From Octopus vulgaris (lineage: Eukaryota): a stretch of DNA of 64,000 nucleotides. The DNA lies in the NCBI GenBank assembly GCA_951406725.2, contig OX597814.1:175274001-175338000 (forward strand), read 5' to 3'. The notes below the pieces were generated by a model. That model searched no databases. It was not told the DNA's origin and saw nothing but the letters and a program-made list of their open reading frames with translations. The translations under genes and the position numbers were made by a program. This document shows positions 63,547 to 64,000 of this stretch, in pieces. The stretch's first letter is position 1; every line of letters starts with the position of its first letter.

Positions 63547-64000
63547 CATAAGTACATGTGTGTGTGTATAAACACACAAACTCACATAAACACATAGACA
63601 CGCATGTATACACATACAAGCACACACACACACGCACAACCACACACACACACATACACAAACACCATAAGTCTTTTACCCCCCTGTACCGATTGGTTGT
63701 GAAATTTACCCATCTACTTAAACTGTAGTTATGTCTCTTTCTCTCTCTCGCTCGCTAGTACATGCGTGGAAACGTGTCATACTTTTCGGCATCCATGGAC
63801 TAATATGTAACTTTTTTTTACTAAATTCCAAAATCTACTTATCGATTTCGGTGTTTCTCTTCTGATTCCAACAGATATTAACCGTCACCCAGCTCCTTCT
63901 GTATGTATAAGACAAGAAGAAGAAAATGCTTTGAGAACTTTATATAGGTAAAAGAAAGTATTTACATTTTTATTAAAATATGCTACCGGTTTCAATCGCT

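Overview
AT-rich, microsatellite- and repeat-dense animal genomic DNA. The SINE families and 5S sequence resemble those of octopus, so a coleoid cephalopod origin is inferred. One host protein-coding gene is supported: a complete BBS4 (BBSome TPR subunit) on the minus strand. I reconstructed it by hand as 13 GT-AG coding exons from ATG 45949 to TAA 7554 (1680 nt, 559 aa), with consistent phases. Nearly all ORFs in the supplied track are artefacts of microsatellites or SINEs. The window also holds a solitary 5S rRNA gene, several tRNA-derived SINE families, and decayed LINEs (CR1-like, RTE, L1/Tx1, CRE-like, R4/Dong-like). DNA transposon remnants include hAT, mariner, two GG-TIR MITEs with 8-bp TSDs and a non-autonomous Helitron. 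A decayed GIY-YIG Penelope-like element (PLE) is also present. The most striking unannotated signal is a set of type I hammerhead ribozymes (HHRs): about 7 with canonical cores plus several variant or degenerate ones, from several unrelated sequence families. They mostly lie in short non-coding fold-back modules embedded in (TA)n tracts, consistent with PLE pseudo-LTR or retrozyme-like elements. BBS4 introns also contain duplicated splice sites and long hairpins. All structures were read by eye; none was folded computationally or database-searched.
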